DNA from: a virus | Length of the DNA stretch: 64,000 bases | Direction: 5' to 3' (one strand) | Virus record (IMG/VR): IMGVR_UViG_3300027792_000011 | Shown: one piece after another, positions 30,107 through 39,941 of the stretch | Layout: each line of letters starts with the position of its first letter | How positions within the stretch are numbered: position 1 is the stretch's first letter | Program-made: the position numbers and the translations under genes | Notes under the pieces: generated by a model | Told to the model about the DNA's origin: nothing | The model's database searches: none | Seen by the model: the letters and a program-made list of their open reading frames with translations, nothing else

Positions 30107-30133
30107 GTGATTTCAATAGGTTAGAGGTAGATC

Positions 30134-30604
30134 ATGGCAACTTGGAGAATCTGGAGATTCCGTACAGATCAGGACTTGTACGATACGCTGAACGGTGCGG
30201 TCGGCAGCGAAGTTGATGCCGAGAAGGGTCTTGATCTAGATGGCAAAACGCTCATCATCAATGTCGGTGGCGCCGGTGACAGAACTGTCAATTTCGCTCC
30301 GGCGTTGTCCAGGAAATGGACCCCAGAGGAAGTAGTTGCCAAGATCAGTGCAGCACATGCCGACTTGACTGGCATTCCGAAATTGGTGCGAGAACCGGGA
30401 ACAAGAGCTGGAATGAACCCCACGTACCTTCGTCTCGTGAAGGATACTGGAGCCGTCATTACAGTTAGATCGACTGGAACTGCCAATGCTCTATTCGGTT
30501 ATTCTATTACAGCTGACACGGTTGGGGTGCCCTATACCTTCAACGACGTGAAGTCTGTCTATATGAACGATAACAAGACCTGGTACGCAGTGACGTACAA
30601 GTAG
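30134..30604 (+). CDS. Stand-alone copy of the tail-sheath insertion domain
   Basis: LDGKTLIINVGG..TVNF..TPEEVVAKISAA resembles repeats in 36674..39916. Confidence 0.55.
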   Translation: MATWRIWRFRTDQDLYDTLNGAVGSEVDAEKGLDLDGKTLIINVGGAGDRTVNFAPALSRKWTPEEVVAKISAAHADLTGIPKLVREPGTRAGMNPTYLRLVKDTGAVITVRSTGTANALFGYSITADTVGVPYTFNDVKSVYMNDNKTWYAVTYK

Positions 30605-30614
30605 GAGCAAGATC

Positions 30615-32471
30615 ATGTCTCACACATTTGACAGTATGCTCAAAGAAGCTACCGCGCTGCCGTGGGCAATGGGCGCACGTCTCATGGTCGAGCTCCGCAG
30701 CACGGTCAGAATTCCTGAAGAGCCGAGGATGACCAAGTCTGCAGCTGCTGGTCTTGTGAAGATAGCACGCATTTGCAAGATGGCTCAGACTCCTGAAGAG
30801 GCGCAGCAAACCGTTCAGCAACAAGCCATGGTCGATCCAAATGTCGTACAGGCTTTGGACTACCAGCAGGCGGAGAGTGAACGGCAGGCTATGATGGCCA
30901 AGATCCAAGAGCTGCAGATGGCTACTGAGGCCGCGCAGGCTCAGGCTCAGATGGCCGATCAGCAAGCTCAGGCTGCTACGCAACAGCAGGAGCAGTTGAT
31001 GATGCAGGCACAGCAGGCCAAGCAAGAGCAGGTCAATGCTGTGATGGAGTCGATGCAGGCCAAGGATCAGACTCTCCAGGTCCAGGTATCTTCTCAGCAG
31101 CATCGTCAACAAGTTGCTCAGTTTGCCCAGCAGATGGCTGATCAACTCAAGCAACTAGCTACTACGAGTCCTGAAGAGCAACAGATGCAGGAGCAGGCCG
31201 CTGCTGAACAAGAACAGCAACAGCAGGCGGCGATGCAGCAACAGCAGCAGGGACAAGAGCAGCCAGTAAAGAAGAAGACGAAGCAACAGCAGCAAGAAGC
31301 CCAGAACTCCCAGGAGAACGCACAGAAGCAAACAGCACAAGCTGAGCAGGCAACTGCACAAGATCAGCAAGAGATGCAGGGAATGCAGGCTCAAGCCCAG
31401 CAACCACAACAGCCCCAAGTACCTCCAATGGGAGGTCAACCGAAGATGGGATCAGCGAAGCTGCAGAAGATCGCTGCTAGGTTCAAGTTCGCTCGTATTC
31501 GGAAACAGGCTCAGTTCTCTGGCACCAATGAGGGGTACGGAGAGAGCCAAGGAGGATCGGGACAGCAGGGGATGTTCTCCTACTCCTCGATGGGGAAGAG
31601 AGAATCTCTTCCAGCAAAGCAGTTTGCGGCTTTGAGATCAAAGGTGAAGAAGCGAGAAGGTACAGGAAAGAGTAAGACTGGATCAGCAGAAGCTCAGGTT
31701 ATTGGTATCGAGCTTGGCGTAGATTGGTCCAGGGCAAACTTCACACCCGCTGATCTCGCTAAAGGTATGAAGATCGAAGAGGAGCACGGATCGAAAGACT
31801 CTCGTGAGACTGCCAAAGTCGCTATCGATCACCTTCGAGAACGTGGAGACTACTACGATCTTCTAGCGAAGAAGGTTGAAGAAGCTCCCAAGACGGATGG
31901 CGGGGAATCAGCAGCCAAGGAGAAGCAAGAGCAACAGCAGGAAAAGCAAGGATCATTTGATCATAGAAGAGCCATGATGATCGCTCAACGAGTCAGGTTG
32001 ATCAAAGAAGGTCAGCTAAAAAAAGTGTGTAGGGACTCTGCTGATATTGCGGAGTCCCACCAACTTCAACTCGTGAAGAGTGCTGCGAAGATGAAACTTC
32101 CAGTAGTAGAGAGTGGTGCGCACAGACTCGGTAGGGCTGGTGCCTACGCAGCTCTTGGAGCAGCTCTTGGAGCTGCCTACGAGAAGTCGCGGCTACGGGC
32201 TCATGAGAAGAAGGTTGGACTTGACAAACCAACTCAAAAAGAGATTGATCTTGCTGGCAAGCTAGTGGGTGCCAAGGAGTTGGCCAAGAGGGAGCCAACT
32301 TACGCAAACAAGCTCCGTATTCATAACATCAAGTATAAGATCGACATGGAGAGGTTGGGGCGGGAACATCCGAATAGAGCAGCTTTGAGAGGAGCTGGTT
32401 TGGGTGCGCTTGGTGGTTTCGCGCTAGGGCCATTCGTTCACAGAGTAGCTGGAAAGATCATCAAGAGATAG
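30615..32471 (+). CDS. Q-rich K-x-A polyprotein with DUF5661-like domain
   Basis: Poly-Q coiled coil; LAKGMKIEEEHG..TAKVAIDHLRERGDYYDLL; Gly-zipper C-terminus. Confidence 0.65.
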   Translation: MSHTFDSMLKEATALPWAMGARLMVELRSTVRIPEEPRMTKSAAAGLVKIARICKMAQTPEEAQQTVQQQAMVDPNVVQALDYQQAESERQAMMAKIQELQMATEAAQAQAQMADQQAQAATQQQEQLMMQAQQAKQEQVNAVMESMQAKDQTLQVQVSSQQHRQQVAQFAQQMADQLKQLATTSPEEQQMQEQAAAEQEQQQQAAMQQQQQGQEQPVKKKTKQQQQEAQNSQENAQKQTAQAEQATAQDQQEMQGMQAQAQQPQQPQVPPMGGQPKMGSAKLQKIAARFKFARIRKQAQFSGTNEGYGESQGGSGQQGMFSYSSMGKRESLPAKQFAALRSKVKKREGTGKSKTGSAEAQVIGIELGVDWSRANFTPADLAKGMKIEEEHGSKDSRETAKVAIDHLRERGDYYDLLAKKVEEAPKTDGGESAAKEKQEQQQEKQGSFDHRRAMMIAQRVRLIKEGQLKKVCRDSADIAESHQLQLVKSAAKMKLPVVESGAHRLGRAGAYAALGAALGAAYEKSRLRAHEKKVGLDKPTQKEIDLAGKLVGAKELAKREPTYANKLRIHNIKYKIDMERLGREHPNRAALRGAGLGALGGFALGPFVHRVAGKIIKR

Positions 32472-32481
32472 GGGATTGAAC

Positions 32482-33939
32482 ATGCTAGATATGTTGCAGA
32501 AGCAGGCATCACAGGTCAAAACAGCAGCAGACCAATTCAGAGATCTGATGCACAATCTAGACAAGCTAGCATTCAAACCTGATCCATTCCGTAGGATGGA
32601 AGGTATGGATCCCCTGCTAGCTGTCCGTGAGTACGATTCTCCGGTATACGTGCGGCATAGGACAACTCCAGGTGGAGTTGACGAGCTGCTCTCCGAACCA
32701 CCGAAGAAGACAGTAGCCGAGACCAATCGTCTCACGAGTGAAGCACAGGAACCTCCTCAACCGTCAGAGGATGGAAACGACAGTAGATCGGTTGCGAAAG
32801 ACAACAAGTCGCTTGGAACGGTTGGCTATACTTGGGAGCAGAACAAGAAACCGGAGACCGTTCCAGATCTTGCTTCCATGAAAGTTCCAGGAACTGGTGG
32901 GACTGCTGCGCCCCAACCCAGTATACCGAAATCAGCAAGTAGATCTCGTATACAGAATGTGTTTGATCAAGATCTGATGGATCTAGTAAAGATGGGACTT
33001 GCTGGTCCAGCTCCTGTGATGGCCGGAAGTCCGACAATGTCACCAGCTATGAAAAATAAGCCGGTGATCGCAACTACTCCTACTCCTGACAAAGGCGCTC
33101 AAGCACCAGCAAAGAAGAAACTACCAGGTTGGGTACTTCCAGCTGGAATAGCTGCTGGTGCCTTGGGGGTAGTAGGTCTTGGCGCCCTTGCTGGTAGATC
33201 AGCTAGAAAGTCCTTTGCTAGAGAGTTCGGTGGAGGCGGTGGAGGTCGTGCAGCTGCTGAGCACTATACATGGAACATTGGCGGTAAGGCTGGCAAGGGA
33301 TCATGGGAGGACTACACCAAAGCCCGTCAGGCTCATCAGGCTGAGCGAGATACCTACTGGGCTGGGCAAAAGGCGAAAGCCGATGCCGATTTTGCTGCGT
33401 CAAGAGAGGCTCATAGAAAAGCCTATGAGGAAGGACGAGCTGCGCACCAGGCGAAAGAAAAAGCTAGGAGTGAACAGAAAACCAGTTGGGAAGACAAATG
33501 GGAGGATTTCAATAAGAGGTGGGGAAGAGGCGGATCAGAGTGGGGAGAAAGGACTCACTCCGGAAGAGCTGGAGGAGGTCAAGCTGGGTGGGGAAGTGGG
33601 GGAGCAGCTGTACCACACGAGGCGGATAGAGTCTGGGAAGAGACTAGAAAAGCTACGCAAGAAGCTGCAAACGAAGCCGCGAAAAGAGGTGAAGCCGCCA
33701 ATCGTGACATGCCAACTAGAGAAGAAATGGCTGAAGCATTTCGTTTTTATGGACTTGATCTGAAAACCCATAAGAGAGCAGATGTCATCAAGAAGCACAA
33801 AGAGATCGTAAAAAAGTATCACACAGACAAAGCCGGCGGAGGAAGCAGAGAAGAAGTGGCTAAGGCTAATACCATGTTTGAGAGACTGAAGAAGATCAGT
33901 TCTCTCAAACTTGTATACGATCTGGGAATGGTTCGCTAG
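32482..33939 (+). CDS. K-x-A polyprotein with TM segment and C-terminal J-domain-like region
   Basis: EAFRFYGL..VIKKHKEIVKKYHTDK..EEVAKANTMFERLK. Confidence 0.6.
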   Translation: MLDMLQKQASQVKTAADQFRDLMHNLDKLAFKPDPFRRMEGMDPLLAVREYDSPVYVRHRTTPGGVDELLSEPPKKTVAETNRLTSEAQEPPQPSEDGNDSRSVAKDNKSLGTVGYTWEQNKKPETVPDLASMKVPGTGGTAAPQPSIPKSASRSRIQNVFDQDLMDLVKMGLAGPAPVMAGSPTMSPAMKNKPVIATTPTPDKGAQAPAKKKLPGWVLPAGIAAGALGVVGLGALAGRSARKSFAREFGGGGGGRAAAEHYTWNIGGKAGKGSWEDYTKARQAHQAERDTYWAGQKAKADADFAASREAHRKAYEEGRAAHQAKEKARSEQKTSWEDKWEDFNKRWGRGGSEWGERTHSGRAGGGQAGWGSGGAAVPHEADRVWEETRKATQEAANEAAKRGEAANRDMPTREEMAEAFRFYGLDLKTHKRADVIKKHKEIVKKYHTDKAGGGSREEVAKANTMFERLKKISSLKLVYDLGMVR

Positions 33940-34823
33940 TGCTCAACGTTGTCAACGTTCAGGTAAAGTCACTCGAACTGGATCACCTCGATGTGTACTG
34001 GGAGATCTCAGACTCATCGGAGGATGCTTGGGACTACACCTTCACCGTTGAGCGCAGTGAGTCTGCTATGGGTCCGTTTGATCAGGCAAGCGAGCCATTC
34101 TCCGACAAGTACTACTTCCGAGATTCCATCGTGAACCTCTACAGCAGGTGGAGGCAGCTCTGGTACAGGATCAAGGTCACCAGTAAGCTAACCAGTGAGT
34201 TCGTCTATAGTGCGTCAGCTACTCAAGAACCAAGACCGTCTCTTGATGCCATTGAAGTACGTAGGCTCGAGCTCATTGCGTTTAGAGAGCACATCGGACG
34301 GCTAGTGTGGATCTTTCCAGTACGTACCTTTGGGCAGCGATGCCCAGACTGCTACGACAAGAGAACTGGCAATCGTCGTAGATCACAGTGTCCAACCTGT
34401 TTCAGTACTACATACGTTCGTGGGTATCTGGATCCTATCGCGACGTATCTGCAAATCGATCCAAGTCCTAAGCATGTTGAGATGCTGCAGGTGGCTAAGA
34501 CTGAGCAGTCGAACACTACGGGAAGGACACCCTACTTCCCGCCACTGAAGCCGAAAGATATAATCGTAGAAGCTGAGAATAGAAGGTGGAGGATTGAGAG
34601 GGTAAGTACTACGCAGCGTTTGAGGGCGGTCCTGCACCATGAGGTGGTGCTGCATGAGATCCCAAGAGCGGACATCGAATATTCGATTCCGATCAACATA
34701 GATGATCTCAGAAGATTGGAGCCCAGTCCGCAGCGTGAGTTCACGAACCCTCACAACCTTGAGAGCTTGGATGGAGCCGAGTTCATCAACAACCTTCTAA
34801 CAGGACACGGTTTTGGAACATGA
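33939..34823 (+). CDS. Probable neck/head-closure protein (Fn3-like N-terminus, Zn ribbon)
   Basis: RCPDCYD..CPTCFSTTYVRGY; position between head and tail genes. Confidence 0.5.
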   Translation: MLNVVNVQVKSLELDHLDVYWEISDSSEDAWDYTFTVERSESAMGPFDQASEPFSDKYYFRDSIVNLYSRWRQLWYRIKVTSKLTSEFVYSASATQEPRPSLDAIEVRRLELIAFREHIGRLVWIFPVRTFGQRCPDCYDKRTGNRRRSQCPTCFSTTYVRGYLDPIATYLQIDPSPKHVEMLQVAKTEQSNTTGRTPYFPPLKPKDIIVEAENRRWRIERVSTTQRLRAVLHHEVVLHEIPRADIEYSIPINIDDLRRLEPSPQREFTNPHNLESLDGAEFINNLLTGHGFGT

Positions 34824-35413
34824 TCAATTTTGCATCATTTAGTGACGAGCTGCAGAAGATTGCTGCTGAGCCTATTGTGGCTGATCCGATCAATAAAGAA
34901 GAACTAGTACGTCACTATCAGCAACTCGGCCGTATAGGTGGTGGAGTGGGTGGTGCTGCTCTTGGTGGTGGCGGGCTTGGACTACTCGGATCTAGAATTG
35001 CTGGAATACCTGGTGCCGTAGTTGGTGGCACAGTTGGTGCACTTGGTGGCGGTTACCTTGGTGGGAAGTACGTTGGTAGAGCTGCCAAAGGAATAGCTAT
35101 GGGAACGCCTGAAGATGTATTCCAGGCACGTGCAAATCTTGATCATGCGGAGGACTTGTACGAACGTGGAGAGTTGGGAGATAAGGATCGTCTGCGAGCC
35201 ACATTGATCGCGTCCAACGCCGCCAGAAAGGCTCACGGAAGAAAACCTCTAGAGTCTGACTTTCTATCTCGTGATCGACCAGGATCTTACGTAGTGGAAG
35301 GTAGAGATGTCGCGGTCAATCCTTATGGTATTTCTTACGCAGATCCATATGGATATAGACCGGGACCGGCACAAGTGACTTCTAGATATCGAAGAGTTCC
35401 TATGAGCGAGTAA
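34820..35413 (+). CDS. FSDELQKIA-leader protein with Gly zipper
   Basis: MINFASFSDELQKIAA followed by GGGVGGAALGGGGLGLLG. Confidence 0.65.
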   Translation: MINFASFSDELQKIAAEPIVADPINKEELVRHYQQLGRIGGGVGGAALGGGGLGLLGSRIAGIPGAVVGGTVGALGGGYLGGKYVGRAAKGIAMGTPEDVFQARANLDHAEDLYERGELGDKDRLRATLIASNAARKAHGRKPLESDFLSRDRPGSYVVEGRDVAVNPYGISYADPYGYRPGPAQVTSRYRRVPMSE

Positions 35414-35826
35414 TGTACGATCTTGTATCCATAGCTGCCTTCCGCGATGAGATGACCAAACTGGCGCAGGAGTCTGCTCAGCGCATTGATCCGCAGGCTA
35501 TTGAGCTGCAACAAGCTCTAGATCAGGAGCAGGGCCGGAGAACGATGAACCGGCAAGCTCTAGGGCAGTTCTTGAAGGACACTGCTATCGTTGCTGGTGG
35601 TGTTGGGGCTGGATATGGGCTAGGTCGGTTGTCAGTGGATGCTCTGACAAAGCTACGAGGGCCAGTATCAAGTCCATGGCGTCAAATGCTGTATGCAACA
35701 TTTCCGGTAGTGGCAGGTGGTGCTGCTCTAGCTGTTCGTGGGAAGATGCGAGAAGAGCAAGATCGAAGGCTGGAAGAAGCATATCAGAGGGGTGTTCAGT
35801 CCGCAGGTAGTAGGGTGGGCAGGTGA
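35413..35826 (+). CDS. FRDEMTKLA-leader protein with two hydrophobic segments
   Basis: MYDLVSIAAFRDEMTKLA. Confidence 0.65.
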   Translation: MYDLVSIAAFRDEMTKLAQESAQRIDPQAIELQQALDQEQGRRTMNRQALGQFLKDTAIVAGGVGAGYGLGRLSVDALTKLRGPVSSPWRQMLYATFPVVAGGAALAVRGKMREEQDRRLEEAYQRGVQSAGSRVGR

Positions 35827-36668
35827 GCGCAGTCATTCCGACCATAGCTCCAGAGACTCAAGGGAGTAGCTGGGCGGACAACCCGCTCGAGCACTTGATA
35901 AGGCTCTGTCTGATCTTTGCCCAAGAGCTGTGGAAGGAAGCGCCTACTGGTAACTTCAAGTGGGACCCCGACGATGCTGTCTCTGAGATAGTGATCACGG
36001 ATGACGCTCCCATCGAGCCTGATGTTATCGAGAAGAGGCCCGCCATCGTATCCGTCCGATCTCAGTGTGGATGGGCTGGTATCGGTCTAGATCAGCTCAT
36101 GTCGTTGAGTATCAGAACTGGCGAGCGCGTTCACACAGATCTGATCTCCGGCAACATAACGCTGAACTGTCTCTCTAGGGTCAAGACAGAAGCCGAGTTG
36201 ATCGCATGGGTGACTGCAAACCATTTCTGGGTTTTGAAGTACATCCTCATGAAGCTCGGGTTCCACAAGATCGGAGAACAGATCCAGGTTCTATCCGCCT
36301 CTCCTCCTGGAGCTATCGTCAGTGGAGACACTGAAGGCGAGATCATAAATGTCCCAGTAGTTATCCCGTTCCACTTCCAGCACACTGTGAAGGTGAGCGA
36401 AGAGGGATTGCGGGTTCTGAACAAGATCGAACAGACCATAACAGTTCAGATGACGAATCCATTCAAACCAACTACTCAACTCGAAGAAGGTGGTTGGGGA
36501 ACCGGTCTGTACCAACAAGATGGTAAGCGGGCCGAGTTCCAGAACATGAAGGGCAACATTAGACCCCCAACGTTTAGGGGGCGATCACTGCAGCCGATGA
36601 ACTACATTGGTGGAGGAAAGGCGGATCCGCCTATCCAAGTGGTAGTCAAGATCGACGACGAGGAGTAG
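35823..36668 (+). CDS. Probable tail terminator/completion protein
   Basis: Directly upstream of the sheath gene; RPAIV motif (positional inference). Confidence 0.5.
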   Translation: MSAVIPTIAPETQGSSWADNPLEHLIRLCLIFAQELWKEAPTGNFKWDPDDAVSEIVITDDAPIEPDVIEKRPAIVSVRSQCGWAGIGLDQLMSLSIRTGERVHTDLISGNITLNCLSRVKTEAELIAWVTANHFWVLKYILMKLGFHKIGEQIQVLSASPPGAIVSGDTEGEIINVPVVIPFHFQHTVKVSEEGLRVLNKIEQTITVQMTNPFKPTTQLEEGGWGTGLYQQDGKRAEFQNMKGNIRPPTFRGRSLQPMNYIGGGKADPPIQVVVKIDDEE

Positions 36669-36673
36669 AGAAC

Positions 36674-39600
36674 ATGGCACAAGCAATCCCCGAACTTCCG
36701 CAGCCTGGTGTGCAGGTCGTCCAGGAGTACACGGATCAGACCCCTGTTATCGTGATCCCGACGCTGGTTCCGTGCGTGGTCGGGGTAGCGAAGGAGATCC
36801 GCGAGCTCTACAACTCGGACGGCACTCTCAACACAGATATCATTGTGGATGGTCCAGCACTTGCTGTGGCCCCCAACGATCAGACTAGCTACACGGTAAT
36901 GGACGCGCTCACGCTCCAGCTTCGGGTCAATGGCGGGGTTCTCCAGACCTTTACCATGCCCACTGGTGCTACGCCGCCAACTACCATGACGGCACAAGAG
37001 GTGGCTATCGCCATCAACGGTGCAGCGCCTCCTCCGATCAACTTCGCAGCCTATGTGCTAGCGGAAGACTCGGATGGCGATGGTGTGGACGACAAGTGGT
37101 ACCTCGAGCTCCGCTCCACCGCCACCGGAGAAGACACTTCCATCCAGATCGTTGGTGGGACTGCTATCACCAAGTTCGGTTGGGGTGAGGGGCAGACCTT
37201 CTACGGGCTTGGTGCCTACATCCAAGATAGCGTGTACCTGAAGCAGTCCAGCTTCCCGGATCCCAGAGGCAACCTCGATGAGCTGAACATCGATGAGGAC
37301 TCGATCCGAGTGTTCGTGGACCTCGGTACTGCTCCAAGGGAATTCCTGCGAACAGAGTCGTTCCTTCGGCTGGGGAGCTACTACAACGTAGTTGGACCAG
37401 TGTACGGTGTTACACCAGTTGATGATGGGGATGGAGACACTCTGACCCCGTACGTCGACTTCAAGAGCACTGGAGCATCGATCCCAAACTTCCAAGCTCT
37501 TGCTACTTCAGCCGCACTGACTGGCATTGTCGATCTATCGACATTCCAGCCTCTGCATGGCAAGGAGCTGATCCTCCAAATTGACGGTGGTGGAAAGCAG
37601 ACCATCAAGTTCTACGGTCAACCGATCGTGTCCACCGACTCAACGGCTGGTGGTGGTTGGGACTTCACTGCCCCAGCTGGTGCGATCAATGGGCAGACGT
37701 TGAACCTTCTGGTCAACGGTGTGTCGCTTGTTGTGACGTTCGTTGCAGCTGCGTCCATAGCGGATGTCGTAACTCAGATCAATGCGGTTTCAGTGGCTAC
37801 CTTCGGCGTCAACATCGCCTATCGGTGCAATGCCGCTGGTGATTCAGCTCCTGCTGGTGTGTACGTGGGATTGTTCTATGGCGCCCAACCGGCTGTGAAC
37901 ATCGTCGCCAACACCGAGGTGCAGGTAGCTGCCAACGTTTCTACGGCCCACACCGAGATCATTGGTGATGCTCTAGCCCATACTCAGTTGCTCGGCAAGA
38001 ATGCTGGAGCGGAGCCGGTAGATGATGTTGTCGAACAGATCAACAACGTCTACCCATCTGGTGTTGCTTCGTGGAGCACCAACTTTCTCAAGCTGCAGAG
38101 CCTGACCTCTGGGTACGAATCGAAGATCGAGATCGATTCAAACAGCACGTCGCTTGGATCACCGCAACCTACCCCAACCACCAATCTTGGTATCAATGTT
38201 GGTCTCAACGGCTACACCTACCATGGAAATCCGTTCCCAGTTCGTGTAGGGGATGCCATCTACGGTGATGGCGCCTACCTCGGCAACGTCAGTGAGATTC
38301 ATCCCATGGCAACTCAGGGACGGATCAAGCTGGATCGAGAAGTAGCTGTTTCTGGAAGGTGGCAGTACTGGTACTTCCTCGCTAAGAACCTGGATACCGT
38401 ACTGAGCAGCCAGTGGGGCGTGACCGTTCCAACTCCGGACATCTACCTGGATACGCAGGGTAATGTGCACCTCAAGCACGACTTCTTGAGGGACATCTAC
38501 GGACAACCTGTTTCGACAGCGGTAGTCATGCTCTACGTGATGTATACCGCTGTTCGACTGGATGTCACGGCAGCCTCTGCAGATCCAGCACTCTTGACGT
38601 TCAACAACATCAACGAGCTCGAGGCCGCGATGAGTCCGGTCACTCCGGAGAATCCGCTGGCCTACGGTGTCTTCTGTGCCCTTGGCAACTCGAATGGTGT
38701 GTCGGTCTCCTGCATCGGTGTGAGCGAGACCTTGGCCGACAAACCGTACGGAACGTTGGCAGCATTCCAGGAGGCGTTTGACTTCCTGCAGAGTTCGGAA
38801 GTGTACGGCATCGCCACCCTCACCAGCGATCTCGACATCGCCATGGCGGCTCAGCAGCATGTCAATACTATGAGCGAGCCGACCATGAAGGGTGAGCGTG
38901 TTGCAGTCGTTCACCTAGGCCGGCCGACTCGGAAGGTTGATACCATCGTTGCTTCTGGCAATGATGGTGACACGATCGTCGGCACGCCAACCTATCTCGA
39001 TACTGGCGTTCCGAATCTGTCACAGTTGCTCCTGGATGCTGGTCTCAATCCAGCAACCTTTGGGATCACGGACGGTGTATTCCTCGATCTATCGGCTGAT
39101 AGCTACAACTGGAACGTGATCGGACCGGTAGTTGGCGGTACGAGACTTCGGGTCAACACTATCTTCGCTCCGGGGCAGAATGACGATGGCTTCTACCACG
39201 ATACCATTGGAGACTTCCCGACTCTGATCAGTGGTAGCTTCTCGGTGAAGATCAGAGGAGCTGCTGTTGCTTCCAAGGACGAGGAAGTAGAGACCGTCTA
39301 TGCGCGAGGTCAGGGATTCAGCGATAGGCGCGTATGGATGATGCAGCTCGATCAGCTCAAAGCGACCATTGATGGTATCGAGCAGCTGGTGCCTGGGTTC
39401 TACATGAACGCGGCCAAGGTTGGTATGGTTGGTGGGCAGCAGCCCTCTCAGCCCTTCACCAATCTTCCGATCGCAGTGTTCACCGGAGTCACTGGGACCA
39501 ATGATAGGTACAACACCACGCAGCTCAATCAGATGGCTGCAGGTGGTGCTGACCTTACTGTGCAAGAGAACAAGAACGGTCCAATCTGGTCGCGCATGCA

Positions 39601-39916
39601 GGTCACCACCAAGCTGACGACCATCGAACAACGAGAGCAGTCGATCGTGAGAGCGGTTGACTACTGCGCGAAGTTCTACCGAATGAGCCTCAAGGTCTAC
39701 ATCGGTAGATACAACATCACGCAAGGATTCCTCGACACTCTCAGCACAGTGGCCCAAGGCCTGGGGCGATGGCTAGAGGAAGAGGGAAAAGTAGTGTCGG
39801 GTGCAGAGCTGAACAATCTGATCCAGGATGAGAACAATCCTGATACCGTTCTCGTTCAGGTCAGTATTGATCCACTATACCCGTGCAACTATATTGTGAT
39901 CACGATCATTGTCTGA
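36674..39916 (+). CDS. Contractile tail sheath protein with large insertions
   Basis: N-terminal PGVQVVQE; C-terminal REQSIVRAVDY..YIGRYNIT..PLYPCNYIVITI typical of sheaths. Confidence 0.85.
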   Translation: MAQAIPELPQPGVQVVQEYTDQTPVIVIPTLVPCVVGVAKEIRELYNSDGTLNTDIIVDGPALAVAPNDQTSYTVMDALTLQLRVNGGVLQTFTMPTGATPPTTMTAQEVAIAINGAAPPPINFAAYVLAEDSDGDGVDDKWYLELRSTATGEDTSIQIVGGTAITKFGWGEGQTFYGLGAYIQDSVYLKQSSFPDPRGNLDELNIDEDSIRVFVDLGTAPREFLRTESFLRLGSYYNVVGPVYGVTPVDDGDGDTLTPYVDFKSTGASIPNFQALATSAALTGIVDLSTFQPLHGKELILQIDGGGKQTIKFYGQPIVSTDSTAGGGWDFTAPAGAINGQTLNLLVNGVSLVVTFVAAASIADVVTQINAVSVATFGVNIAYRCNAAGDSAPAGVYVGLFYGAQPAVNIVANTEVQVAANVSTAHTEIIGDALAHTQLLGKNAGAEPVDDVVEQINNVYPSGVASWSTNFLKLQSLTSGYESKIEIDSNSTSLGSPQPTPTTNLGINVGLNGYTYHGNPFPVRVGDAIYGDGAYLGNVSEIHPMATQGRIKLDREVAVSGRWQYWYFLAKNLDTVLSSQWGVTVPTPDIYLDTQGNVHLKHDFLRDIYGQPVSTAVVMLYVMYTAVRLDVTAASADPALLTFNNINELEAAMSPVTPENPLAYGVFCALGNSNGVSVSCIGVSETLADKPYGTLAAFQEAFDFLQSSEVYGIATLTSDLDIAMAAQQHVNTMSEPTMKGERVAVVHLGRPTRKVDTIVASGNDGDTIVGTPTYLDTGVPNLSQLLLDAGLNPATFGITDGVFLDLSADSYNWNVIGPVVGGTRLRVNTIFAPGQNDDGFYHDTIGDFPTLISGSFSVKIRGAAVASKDEEVETVYARGQGFSDRRVWMMQLDQLKATIDGIEQLVPGFYMNAAKVGMVGGQQPSQPFTNLPIAVFTGVTGTNDRYNTTQLNQMAAGGADLTVQENKNGPIWSRMQVTTKLTTIEQREQSIVRAVDYCAKFYRMSLKVYIGRYNITQGFLDTLSTVAQGLGRWLEEEGKVVSGAELNNLIQDENNPDTVLVQVSIDPLYPCNYIVITIIV

Positions 39917-39941
39917 TCTAGGTCAGTTGTAGGAGGACAAA

